64,000 nt of DNA from Antedon mediterranea (lineage: Eukaryota; Animalia; Echinodermata). The first letter of the stretch is position 1; each line of letters opens with the position of its first letter. The stretch spans positions 17,745,237-17,809,236 of the forward strand of contig NC_092672.1 in the NCBI RefSeq assembly GCF_964355755.1, given 5' to 3'. The notes beneath the pieces were generated by a model, which saw nothing but the letters and a program-made list of their open reading frames with translations, was not told the origin of the DNA and searched no databases. This document shows positions 51,400 through 64,000 of the stretch, one piece after another. The position numbers and the translations under genes were made by a program.

Positions 51400-54295
51400 G
51401 AATTTCATTTGAAAAGCCAAAGGTTAGACCAGAGCCATCATTATTTTCAAAGAAATTTGATATCAACTCAGATTACATTGACAAGTTTTCAACGTTTTAT
51501 TCCACGAGGACATTGTGTGGAGTTTGCTTCGCCAAGTATCAAGAGGCATAATATACCACAGCATATACACTATTCTCATTCACAAGTGATTCCCTTATGG
51601 ACAGGTTTCAATTCAACTAAGTCAAAGAGAAATATGGAAAGTCGGTCATTGCATATCCACCCATTATAGAAGCACCACCATCTGATATGAGCACTGTATA
51701 CACAACACTCATACGAGGCAAGGAGTTAGCAGAGAAGTGTGGACAACCTTTTCATATACATACATTTGACCAGCAGCTATACGCTATTGCATAAAATGGT
51801 ACGATTAAGTCTCCAACAGGAATTTCCTAACCTTGGCGGATTTCACACAATGGCAACTTTTACTGCATGTATTGGAAAAATCTAGGGAGATGCAGGCCTA
51901 AAAGATATGTTGGCGGATTCTAATGTGTTCGCTGAAGCAAGTGTGGAAAGGATGTTGTCAGGAAAGCAGTTCCATCGAGCAGTCAGGGGACTGACCTTTG
52001 TTTATGAAGCACTTATCCATCAGCTCATTCACAATTTTTGTATATGGTTAGATGAAAGAAAGCAGATTGAAGATCTAGACGAGTGTGTAACAGAGTTATG
52101 CTTTGTAAAAAAGATGTTTGCAACTAGTAGAGACATTTCGAATGAAAACATAACTGACCTCACTGCAATGAAAGAGAAATTAATACCTCTTTTGGAAGAA
52201 TTTATTGCATGTGGACGGCAAGCTTCTTCGACGTTTGCTTTCTGGGAGCATTTTCTTAACGTCATACAAATAATGCTTTCCAACATAAGAGCAGAAAGAG
52301 AAGGTGACTGGAAGTTACATATTTGCAGCCACATGAACATGCTGCCATATTTTTTTGTTGCAGACCGACCAAATTATGCTCGATGGGGAACACTGTATAG
52401 TTTAGAAATGATTAATTCCCTCCCTGAAATGGTTTCTAAGGCATTTGATGATGGAAAGTTTTCAGTGAGACAGACACCAGGGACGTTTAAGGGAATTTGG
52501 ACAGACATGGGAGTGGAGACGACAATTTTAAAAGATAGCAAGAGCCATAGCGGCATAATAGGATTGACTCGTAGAGGTTCAGCTGTACTGAGGTGGACAT
52601 GCATACGGCACATTCTAGGTCAGTATGCCAAAATGATGCATCAGAGAAGTGGAAAGAAAACTGGTGATACCGATTGTCATGAGCAAACTAAACCAGCCCT
52701 GATGAAAAGAGATGAATGAGATGCACAACAAATAATAAATCACATACACAATAACATGACCGATCCATTTGCTACATCATCACACCCACCAATGCTTGTA
52801 AACTTGGGCACAGGACTTGTTTCTACAAAGGAAATAAATGATTCACTATCAAACATTGCTGCTAAAGGCCAGAAGATGTTAGGTGACTTTGTCAATTCTC
52901 GCTTGGTTGTAAATCCAGGGAAGAACAAATCTTTATACCATCCAATTACAAGGTCTGGGGTGAAAACTTACAGACATCTCATGAAAACTACAAATGTAAA
53001 AATCAAAGGAAAGTTGAAAAAAAATAGCTCTATCACCAGAATTAATATATCAAAGAGCACTTTCTTTGTCAAGTGTTAGACCAGAGGTGAACTTGACCAC
53101 AGTTCTAAGTTATCCTGTAACTGCTATTCCACCATCATTATTCAAAGAAGATGGAAGTAGACGAAGAACAAACAAATCAGACCTGCTTCATGCCCTTGAG
53201 GACAATGTGAAACATTTAACCACAGCAGACCTCCCACAATCAGAACTAACATCTGCTGTTCTAATAGACGCAATGGCGGACTTGCAAAAAATGAACGTTA
53301 CGAATATGACATCATTCGCCGATATTGGAGATTTTTGTTTCGAGAAAATCAAGAAGCTGCTCTGTTCGAATGAAGAGGTGCATTTGGTTTTTGATAGGTA
53401 TGATGATGAACAAACACCAAAAGATGAAGAGAGAGATCGTAGGTGTCGTGCTGTTAATAATATCGCTACCAAGTTGAAAAAACAGACCACTTCCAAATTG
53501 GAAAACCTTTATGGGTGTTTCGCATAACAAGGGGGAGCTGACTAATTTTATTTCAAGCTATGTCGAGGAAAAGGCAAATCAACACCCTGAAATATTTAAG
53601 GCTGGAAATAGAATGTTATTTATTGCAGGCGGATATCAAATGAGATTGATGTCAAAGGTGGTAAATCAGACAGGGATTAATGAAATTGTAGAAGACTTAT
53701 CGTCAACTCATACTGAAGCTGATACAAGAATGCTCTTGCATGCCACGCATGTTAACAACCGAATTATCACTATACATGCTAAGGGACGGCTAATTGTTCA
53801 GTCTCCAGATACAGACGTGCTAGTTCTTTTGACACATTATTGTCAAGAAATGCAGGAATTAGTGAAGTTTGGTTTGAGACTGGGCACATGACCAAGATGT
53901 TAGATCTTAGAAGGTATATTCCAGTGCATTCAATTGCTGATCGGATTGGGAAAGAAGTTAGTAAAGGGTTGCCAGCTGCACATTCCCTTACAGGATGTGA
54001 CACAATCTCATCATTATTTGGAGTAGGAAAGAAAACATTGTTCCATATTGCTGAAAATGCCAAAAGAACACTTAAATAATCTTCAAGATCTTAATGATGA
54101 TGACATAGATAAAGCTGTGAACTCTTCAAGGAAATTTGTTGCTAATCTTTATGATACTACTATGCGATTTGAAGGAACACATGAATGTCTCAATAAGCTA
54201 CGGGTTTGTATGGCAACAACACGTTGTGCATCAGTATCAAAAATTCCACCATGTGAAGCATCATTCCTGTGCAACACGTCAAACGTGCATCATGA
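51400..54295 (+). pseudogene. Academ (AcademX-type) transposase/XPG-like nuclease pseudogene
   Basis: TFDQQLYAIA, LGGFHT, NYARWG, HTEADTRMLLHA, DTDVLVLL, HSLTGCDT.S.LFGVGKK (H3TH-like), PP; stops and frameshifts throughout. Confidence 0.8.
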
Positions 54296-55210
54296 ATTAT
54301 GTCTTTAACGCCATTTGTTTGGCTTACCGGAGTGGAATTGTTCGTACGGCAACGTTTGTCTAATTTGGCTCTAATGGCCGCCCATACGTATTAACCATTT
54401 TTGGTCGCCATTTGAATCGAAATTGTCTTACTGTGAATGTGGTTACTGTTAGATATATAAACAAAATATACAAAGAACATTTATTACTGTGACTGTGGGT
54501 AGATTACTGACAGTTGCTTCTGAACATATATTAATTAAAAATTATAAAAAATATAAACGTCATAGTGGTGTATCATTACATGTACTTTACTATTTCAATC
54601 GACTATAACGGGGACAGTTTTAAAAAGTATTATAAATCGTAAATGTTTTACTGTGTTTAGTGGTATATTGATAGGCCTATAAAACATTTAAAACAATATT
54701 TCGTTACTGAGTAGATAGAGAATATATTTTTTTTAAATCTTTCTTCCCATCCTCTTCCCCATCCCTCAACTCTAAATAATGTTATACAAAACACAAATTG
54801 GGTTTGTTTAAATGAGTTCAAATAAAAAAATTGGACTCATCTTTAAAACGAGGCCTAATTCCCAGGGTGCTAATTTTACATAAATCATCGTGTCTATTTA
54901 TTCGTTTCTGTAAACGACAATGTACTATAGTCCTGCGGTACGTACATTTTTTATGCTGGAATTACTGTTATTCGAGAACCATCTGTGGACACGACCTAGA
55001 TGGTACGCTCGCTTACCATCTAGTAAATAATAATTTGCCATAATTGTAGATGATATGCAAAACGTTTTATTTGACTTTAGGTAAAAATGAGATAACAAAA
55101 TATACAAAGCAACAGCTGGTATGGCGATTAAACAATTATAACACACCAAAACAGTTTTAAATTAATTTATTAACTTTATTAACTAATTATTTATGATGAT
55201 TTCTTGTAAT

Positions 55211-57400
55211 TGTTATGTATTGTATTTGAATTATGCAGCCCTCTATGGTAAGTGTTAATAAAGGTTACACAAAATGGCCCCTGTGTGAGTTGCATGTCTG
55301 TCTCACGTGTTGAGGTAAAACAAAATATGACATGGTGTCAGAAGGATACATTTTTTAAATTAAAGTAATGGAGATGGAGTTTAAACCCTCAGGACAATTT
55401 AGAGTGATCCCAAATGAAAATACAGCAACAGCATGGGCCAAATGGAAACAACATTTTGACCTGTATTTGACACAAACAAGGCAACAGCAACAGGTGGTAG
55501 GAAAGTCGCAATGCTATTGTGCATGATGGCAAAAGAATACATTAAGCAATTTCATTTTTGAAGCTGGACAGAGCAAAGATAATTTGAATAGTATACTGTG
55601 TTGGCCAAGTTTGATGGATACTTTGAACCAAAAAAGCTAATTAAGAAATATGTCACAAATTTCCAAAATAGGATGCAGGAAGAATCACTAGCTGACTATA
55701 TAACTGAAATTAGAGAATTAGCCAAACATTGTGGGTTTGGAGAGTTAGAAGATAGACAAATTGCAATACAAATATCAAATGGAGTACGTGATGAAAAATT
55801 ACAAGAAAAATTATGGGATGATTATCTTTCGCTAGATGATATCGTAAAGAAAAGCATGGCATTTGAACAAGCTATTAAGGAAAATAAGAAACTGTGCAGT
55901 ACAAAACACAATAGTAATGGTACCACAATTGAAGCTTGTGTTTATTTACATACATTTGGATAGACTTGCTCCAAGTCTGTATTTATTGTCTTTCTATGTC
56001 ATTCCACACGTCGTCGTTTTGATTTTTGTCTGAAAATACAGACTTGTGAAACACGTATAGAAATCGATTTGCAGACCGCAAACATCCGATAAGAATGACG
56101 TAGGTTATCATACCGTATTTGGCTATATGGGCCGGGCGGTATGTAAATATGGATATCGAATCAACCAATGATCATTTTGTTTAAAAATGAAAAGATCGAG
56201 TACGTACAGTGCTGAATGTACGATCGAGACTGAACAACTGTTGAAATATAACATTGTGTTGCCAAGTTGTTTTTTTATTAATTGTCTAGGCCTCCTTCGT
56301 AGGCTACTCAACTCGTACGTAGGCCTATGACCTGCCATAAAACGTCAATAAGGTACACACCACCACCGGCACACAACAGAGCTACACCACCACACAGATA
56401 GGACAGGCTAGGAGGACAGGGTCTGGGTGGGAATTAATCTTCGCATAATAAATCCATTCAATGTTTGATTTGCGGAGAAGCTAGCCTATCATTATCAAAA
56501 AGAGTTTTCATGTTCTTGGAGAAAATCCCATCAAATGTTTACCAGACTACTAGGCATATAAAATCATTTCTAGCCTTCAAAAACTTTCATCAATGTACAA
56601 AAGTACACACGTGTGTACGTCTCCACACATTGTCTAAACGTAACATAGCGCATGCGCATCATCTTAGTTGTTGTGAGTCTTTGAAATTCTAAAATATGAA
56701 TATTAAAACAGCGTACGAGTGAGTAGCCAATCACATGCGGCTGAAACTAGTCAACTGGATAATCTATGCACCAAGAATTCTTGCTGCCAAACCATGTGAC
56801 TTGTGCGTGTTTCCCCAGACGGAGTATCCAAACTCAAGTAATACACATATGAAATATTTATATTTTTACTAATATTAAGACAAAACCCCGTCTGTAGCCC
56901 AGACTAACATTTGGACACCACAGGCCTACAACAAGTAGTAGAGCAAGAGCGTACCATCGAAGTAAAGATCAACAACGACATAGATCAGGAGGACGAGGTA
57001 GACACACAGTTCAACACACCTTCCATTGTAACATACCACAAGGTCCACAGCAAAATTTTTCGCATGCCAATTATGGAAGACAACCATTTACTTGTCAAAA
57101 ATGTGGTAATCAAAACAGCAAAAGAAACTGCCCAGCATGGACAATTATGTACTGTAGATACTGTAATAAGGTTGGACACTATGCTAGATGTTGTAGAATA
57201 AGAAAAAATGTTTTGTGTAATGAATTACAAGATAATGTACACAATGATGTAAATAAAAGTTATTTATAATGATGTTGAGGATATCAACTTGACAGATTTG
57301 GATTTATTTGCACATTTTAATGATGCGTGTAACAATAATGAATGGGTGGTTGAATTCAAAACCATTTAAAATGATACAATAATGTTTAAGACAGCAGCAA
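55211..57400 (+). mobile_element. Gypsy LTR retrotransposon 5' remnant (LTR, PBS, gag, start of protease)
   Basis: TG..CA LTR at 55211-55332, PBS TGGTGTCAGAAG at 55333, gag WAKWKQHFDLYL / ELAKHCGFG, zinc knuckles CQKCG...CPA...CRYCNKVGHYARCC at ~57093-57195. Confidence 0.85.
55961..56906. mobile_element. Non-autonomous element with 9-bp TSD (AcademH-like) inserted in gag
   Basis: TAG(A/T)CT termini; perfect TSD ACATTTGGA at 55952 and 56907. Confidence 0.7.
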
Positions 57401-57697
57401 TTTTTAACTTGTATTCTATTCCAATTTTTTAAAGGATTCTATGTTGTAATTATGTAATTTGTATGTTCTTTTTATCAGTTGTTTTTAGGACCCAAGTGGA
57501 AATAAGTTTTTAACTTTTCTTGGCATTCCTTGTAATCAAGGCCTGTTTTCCTTGCAATTGTTTCTCTATTTTTTATGTATTATTTTTTATTGTTTTTTTA
57601 ACATTTATTACCAAATAAAGAAATTCAAAAAAATTCAAAGAGTAATGATTATCAGATGCAAAAGTATTTCCTATTTTTGTGTTTTGCTTTTAATAAG

Positions 57698-57911
57698 ATG
57701 GAAGTTTTAAGCTTGGATTCAGAAGATGAAGACGATTATGAAGCTCAGTTAATGGCAATAAAAAAACAAGCACATCTTGATGATGTAGCTAGTGACATGG
57801 AAGATGAAGATGATGAAAATAATGCTGAAGATGCATTACCAAACAATAAATCTTGGGGAACCCACAAGAAGTCGTTCTACCATACAGACTATGTGGATGA
57901 TGATCTACCTG
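57698..57911 (+). CDS. UTP3: UTP3/SAS10 exon 3
   Basis: MEVLSLDSEDEDD...SWGTHKKSFYHTDY matches the SAS10 EVLALD and WG..KK.YY.TDY motifs. Acceptor taataAG, donor G|GTAAGC. Confidence 0.9.
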
Positions 57912-60900
57912 GTAAGCATTTTGCTATGCCTTATATTTTTGATAATCCATTAGGGATGTCACCACGGTGGTCGGGAATGGTCGGCCCCATCCACCACTTG
58001 GAATTTCCGACCACCATTTTCATGACGCCGACCACCACTATATTTACACATGTAGATTGTAGCATATTGTTCGTTACCTACTACGATGTTTTGTTATTAT
58101 AATTATCAACGCGTCGATCGTAGGGTGGTTCGTAGGATTAAACACCATTGTCATCGCCTTTAGAAAACGCATGGACAATGCAAATCAACAATGTACTGTT
58201 TACTATTAAATGTAGAAGACGGCATATTTTAGTGGTTAGCCCATATGGTTGGCCTAATTTAGTCGGACGAGGCGACATCGTGCGCTGAATCGACATCGGA
58301 GTGGAGTCTAGTTTTGGCCGCCTATGCTATTAAATTATTTAATCCTACCTTGGCTTAGCGAATTATAAATATGCCGACGTAAACATGTCTACAAAAATAT
58401 ATGCAAAATCAATTTATTCCATGTTAAGATTTAACATAGTCTTAGGTCTATTCAATTATTATGACATGTCACTGTGTAAAGAAAATGGCCCAGGTAGTAT
58501 TCTGTAACTACACCAACCAGAATTAAATTTTGCTACATGTGGGTGGTTGGAACAGTTAATTTAGAGAGAGCATTGCGTTTCATGTCATGTGACACAAAAT
58601 CTAGGTAAACTATCTTCGTCGCGTTTCCAGGCCTGCCATAATATGACCCAAAAAAAATGTAGGTCTGTGCACGATCGACGTTCCGATACTATATTTAGAA
58701 TGTTAACGCCATCGTTCCTGCATTTTTAGAAGTTGGCCTAAGCATATACTAGTTCATTGATGTTCACTGTGTAGTGTCATGCCTCTACCGTGGACAATTT
58801 CTATTTATTTATACATTCGCTGTCGAGTCGAGTATATAAAAAACACCACAAAGAAAACGATTAATAATATTTATTAACAATGCTTCTTTGTTCTCCGTCA
58901 GACAAAATTTAAATACGTGGGTTTGGCGGAGTAGCTGTATCCATCCCTAACACTTTCTCCCTCCCTTATCCATACTTTACTTACGAATTAATCGTTGCAT
59001 GGAGTATTTGTACTTGAAGTTAGTTATGCTGGGGTAACACTAACATTTCATTTTGTTTAGCCATTAAATATTTTTTTTAGTCATTTATAGCCAAAATGGC
59101 TGAAGTCCACTTTTTTATTTCGCCAAATGAATCGGTTGTTATGTTAGCCAAAATAAAAAGTTAATGAAATATAATGGTAAAAACATTTCAGTCAATTTAT
59201 CCATGTCTATTATTTAGGCCTAACTATACCCTGTTCCTTGTACCTTTTTGTAAGGCATTTAGAGAGAGCCAGGTCTAAATTACTGTATGATTAAAAAAAA
59301 AAAAAAATTTACGTTGTATTTTAGACGATCAAAACAATTAATTGCTTTTAATCATACAGTTATCTATTTTTTTTAATCCCCTGAATGCTCCTATGTTATT
59401 TTTGTTTTTCACGGCTGGCTGATCATGACATTTGTCTGATGACGTCCGTACCACGAAAATCGTGTCCTAAGACTTCATGGTCACTCGCCGTCGCCGAATG
59501 CTTTTGCCAAAATGATGGTTTGATTATCTATTTTATCATGTCATCGCCAAAATGGCTAAAGCAACTGTTTTATTTTTCGCCAATGTGGAAACTTTTTTGC
59601 CCATGGTGACTTGGCGATGGGTCAGTGCGAGCCCAGCTATGTACCAAAGAGGTTTAAATAATTCACTAGAGTCTGAAATCTCTAACTACCGACTTAAAAA
59701 GTTTTACCATGACTAATCTGCATATATGTCACGCTGCATGCAAACAAATAAAATATACACTTGCCCTCAAGGAATTGAGGATTTTGTCGCAATCATTTAC
59801 CAATTTTTTGATTAAAAATGCTAGGATGGTTACTTGCAGCAAACTAGAGTTCAAGCAGTAATTATTAGTAGTAGGATGTCCTTTTGTCAGATTATTCCAT
59901 ATATCCATTGTATGCAAAAATGCAATACATTAAAAAAACAAGTTAATTAGTTTCATTAGAGTTTACTTTTTAAAAACTGTACTGCATTAAAAAAATATAT
60001 GTTAGGCCAAATAAAAAAATATACTTGTTAAGCGTCACACCCTCATAAATTTCAGGGGAGGGAGGGCGTTTTTTTGTTGTTTTTTTTAAAAACTTTTTAT
60101 GGAGGTATATTTTTGCGAGATGGACGTTTCGGCCCACTTTTTTTTTAGGACGAAACGTCAAAATTGACTATGTACAGAATATTATTGCCGATGACAAAAC
60201 TGATATTTTGTATTGTTTATGTCCAGACGTAATTAAAACATTAAATTTAATTGCCACCGAGCAAAATTATAGGCCTAGGCTAACTAATCCGTCCAAGCTG
60301 CTATCCCCGCCTCACTTATCTGTCATGGTCCGCCGTCTCTCGCTCGATTCATCTATCCAGGAAATTCCCTATCGCGAGAAGCATGATGTTGGTCTCAATA
60401 ATACTAAATAGTGGTCTGATTTATAGTTTGAAAACAGCTTACGGCATTTCTTAAGTGAATTTTTATTCAACGTATTCTTCCTTGATGAATCCTTTGCCCA
60501 TTGCTGTTTAAATCAGTATTTAAACTTGTGATGCGAAAAGTGTGTGTGTAATTATTCCACAGGTAAATACCAGGCATAAGGAAACCCATTGCCCAACAGG
60601 ACCTCGTAGTGTGCCGACCTCGAGCGCGAGATCATCGTAAACAAAATTGGTAGAGTCCATTATGTATAGGGTGTTTACTATTTACGAACCTTTTAAAAAC
60701 GCGCTTCGACCAGTACAGTATGCATTGTAAGTGCTTGTTGTTCACTGTTGAGGAAGATGGAATCAGTGTATGATGCAGTAACATTGTTGTATTAAAGTAT
60801 ATGAATAAAGTTGTTGTTGATGTTGTCACCTTGTTGGATATAGGAACCCTGAGCTTTGAGTTTGCACTCTTATAGAGCAGCAGTTTTCATTTTGTGTGGA

Positions 60901-61033
60901 AATGTTTTGTTATTTATCATATGAGGGAGGCAGGATTGTTTCTCAATTTAATTTATTATCATTTTTAGGTTATTTGACTATAAATAATGTAGTATATTAA
61001 CTTAAAAATTGAAATTTTACTTGCTAAATGAAG

Positions 61034-61146
61034 GTTTATCTGATGAGGAGGAAGAACAAGCTGAAGAGGAGAAGGAAGCATTAGCTATTCAGCAACGCAT
61101 GGTGCAGGATCTTGATGAAGAAGACTTTGCAATGGATCTTTTCAAA
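61034..61146 (+). CDS. UTP3: UTP3/SAS10 exon 4; gene continues beyond the right edge
   Basis: GLSDEEEEQAEEEKEALAIQQRMVQDLDEEDFAMDLFK matches the SAS10 EEEEA..IQ.R....L.E.DF motif. Phase 1 acceptor; donor AAA|GTAAGT. Confidence 0.9.
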
Positions 61147-61606
61147 GTAAGTGCACTAAATCAAGTTGATGACCAAACCATACACTTTAAAAAAGTGAAT
61201 AAAGATATGGTAATAATCATAAAAAGATATATAGATGTGAATTATTACTTTCGTAGGGGTCCAGAGAATTTGACTTCAGAAATTGGTTTAGGGTGGTTAA
61301 GCAATCATTTTTGGCTTGAAAATGTGATAAAAGGTCAGGCTGAAATGTTATAACATCTTAATAGGTCCTTAAATCTTGACAACCTCTGGCACAAAAAGCT
61401 AATTTTTGTTCTCAAAATGTTCAGAAGACATGCATTCATATTCCGTCTAATGGAGCATTTATAATGGAGCATTTTCGTCAAAAATTATCAGAAATGCCAT
61501 TTACATTTCTAATAGAACATTTTAGTTAAAGAATGACCGGAAATACTATTATTAATTTTACTTTTTTTTAAAAAAATAACAAAAAACATCTCTACACAAC
61601 TTATCC

Positions 61607-61979
61607 TACACCTGCCAACTCTCACGCATTAATGCGCAAGTCTCGTGCATGAGGCCCAATTTTTTGTGCCTTACGCATACGTGGCTATTTCTCGCGCATC
61701 CATACAAAATATTCGCAAAAACATTATTTTAAAATTAACTTGCCTATTTTGAAGGGAAAATAGCCTAGGACTACACTTTATTTAAGTAATTTGAGCATAA
61801 TTAGCCAAGGCCTATGTTTATGGTTGAGGTAGTACAAGAAAGCTAAAATCAATTCGGCAAAAATTTAAACATAGAAGGCATATTTTGCGATTATTTTGAA
61901 TTAGTATAACATAGAGGCTGCATATTCAATTTTAATCTATTGTCTCGCACATTGGCTACTGAAAAAGTTGGCAGGTATA
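61607..61979. mobile_element. hAT-like MITE
   Basis: TIR TA(C/T)ACCTGCCAACT; flanking duplication TTATCC(TA). Confidence 0.8.
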
Positions 61980-62744
61980 TTATCCTATAGACATTAATGT
62001 TATGCAATAACTGATTCTTTTAATGGTTTCTTTATACAAATTAAACAAATTCTTTACTGTTTATAATTGTACTTTTGCTTATAATAATGCTAGAAAATGT
62101 TGTTGAAGATTTTTATGATCAAATTGTAAGATTTTAAAACATTGCTGCAGATAACCACATTTGTCACTAAATGTATAGCGTTCTTGTATTGTATTCAAAT
62201 TCAGTACCTTTAAAATTTAGATTACCGTATTTATTGTTCATGAGGGTTTTTAAGGGTGGTTTGGGAGTGCGTTTATTCAAGGAAGGTGTTTATTCGAGGG
62301 AGGAGTTTATTTGTGGATGGTGGTAATTTTATTAATGATATAAAATTCATTTCACAACTTTAAAAAAGGTACGTTACATGATTTGTTTTCCTCTTTTTTA
62401 CCTCTCTTAGAATAAAATTAACACTGTCACAGGTTCCATTAAACCGATCCTCTCCAGGTGCCAGTATAATGATATAAAAAAATTACACATCATTATTATG
62501 ATACACCTAATTGCACTCCCATTGTTCATTTGAATCTTTCTATCATCCGTCTGTTTGACTACAATTTGCATATTTTCGTATGCCAATACATATAGTTTCA
62601 TGACTATTGTACAGTACAATGTCCAGCTGTCCTGAAACACTCTACACACAGTTGTGTTCTGTAGTATGATTTTATCATGATCCATTGGCCATCAAAATAA
62701 AAAAATACAAAATATTCATATAAAGTATGATAAAATTACAATTA

Positions 62745-63098
62745 GGCCAAGAAAAAAAAAATTATTGTGTAAATCCCAAAAATGGGTAGGTCGGTAGGAA
62801 AAGTTTCATAGCTCACGCTAGCTATAAATTTTTTTTTTTTACAAAAGTTTAAAAAAGGTTTATTAAATAAACATGCCTATAATAGCTTTTTGCGGCATAT
62901 AAGCCTAGGGTTGCTTGGCCTACTAGCTACCATTTTTAAACCTAAAACCAAAAACATCGAGGTGAAATATATTTGCCAATTTGGCGAATAAGACAATATT
63001 TTTCACCATTTGGTTTCAAAATTGCTGTTTGACTCACAAAAAAAAGCCGACCTTCATTTTTTTTCAGTTTAGTGGCCAACACAATATTTTTTCTTGCC
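62745..63098. mobile_element. PIF/Harbinger-like MITE
   Basis: GGC(C)AAGAAAAAA..ATTGTGT inverted ends and TTA TSD; a related end occurs at 60005. Confidence 0.65.
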
Positions 63099-64000
63099 TT
63101 ATGCCCAAAATAGTTTTAGATAGGCCTGCCTACTATTAAAGTAGCGAATAGGCGCCCAACATTGGTAGGGTACGCATGGGGGATAAGCCTCTAGCTAGGT
63201 GGGACCGGAGGGAAGAGGCTACTATTATTAATACTATTATTTATTTTGTGATAACCTTGACCTTGAAATGCTACACAGATAGCCTAGGGCTATATTTCAA
63301 CCAAATAAACAAATAATAATAAAACAAATCAACAAATAAATCTATGAACTTATCAAATACACCGTTGCTAGCCAGCCTAGAGAATTAATTACTGTCTGTG
63401 GTCTGGTTTAAAATTTAAAGCAAGGCGGGAAAGAGATGCGTAATTATCCACCCGCCATTGAGTTCCCTAATTATCGTGCTGCGTACTATATATTGTCATG
63501 GCACACGCCTACAATAAATTATTTATTACTAACTCTATGATAATTAATTACACTAGAGGGTGAGCTCGCTTCGCTTGCTCCCCTCTAGGAAGTGTAGACA
63601 ATGGTTTTCGGAATGATAATGTTCTCCTTGTATGTTTTCTGTCGGTTACCATTATTGAAAATGCTTGACATTCGTAAAACTAAACTACTCTGTTTCACAG
63701 TGTCTTAGATGATTAATAACATTTTAAAGTTTAGCGTTTATTGTTTGGTAGGGACCTTATAGGGCGGAGGTGAGGAGGCGTGAGGAGGAGTTCATTTGAG
63801 GGAGGTGCTTATTTGAGGACGTTTATTAGATAGTTGGGTTGGGGGGGGGGGGTTGATTATTATTCAAATTGATGTTTTATTGGAGAGGCGTTTATTCAAA
63901 TAAATACCATCCTAATAATTATTAATACATTATTTAATTTAAACATCTTTTGAAACTAACTGCCATGACAGAGTGGGCCGTTTCGGCCCAAGAACGAAGA

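Noticed and set aside
52029-54063. Minus-strand ORFs of 62-103 aa
   Set aside because: Antisense shadows of the Academ pseudogene.
59438-59470. CTGATGA...GAAA hammerhead-like core on the plus strand
   Set aside because: Stem II is only 2 bp and stems I and III are unconvincing; probably chance.
57951-59637. hAT-like ends TAGGGATG (57951), CATCCCTA (58942) and GTGCGAGCCCA (59625)
   Set aside because: Ends and TSDs could not be paired, so no element boundaries are claimed.
63972-64000. CCGTTTCGGCCC, possibly half of another minus-strand hammerhead
   Set aside because: The CTGATGA half is not within the window, so it cannot be supported.

Overview
AT-rich, intron-rich metazoan genomic DNA, probably a marine invertebrate (inferred from the repeat repertoire). 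It holds the 5' parts of two divergently transcribed housekeeping genes. ALG3 is on the minus strand (coding exons 16714-16576 and 1828-1729; it continues off the left edge). UTP3/SAS10 is on the plus strand (probable micro-exon 30841-30857, then 50556-50742, 57698-57911 and 61034-61146; it continues off the right edge). Almost everything else is nested transposon debris: Helentron-associated HINEs, CR1/L2 LINEs, Penelope-like elements with hammerhead ribozymes, a Gypsy LTR remnant, an Academ transposase pseudogene, non-autonomous Ginger1, P-like, PIF/Harbinger, MULE, hAT and Tc1/mariner elements, and four tandem arrays. The most notable signals are: (1) several 28-33 bp CA..TG palindromes flanked by 7-bp duplications, which match the P-element 17-nt-overhang excision footprint; (2) TA-GGCC-TA type micro-insertions that tandem arrays show to be insertions at TA sites and that pile up just behind both first exons; (3) a ~14 kb repeat cluster bounded by P-like ends that splits what would otherwise be a ~170 bp ALG3/UTP3 bidirectional promoter; (4) an intact acidic double-SIM ORF in a Polinton-like segment. 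All calls were made by eye; no database searches were run.
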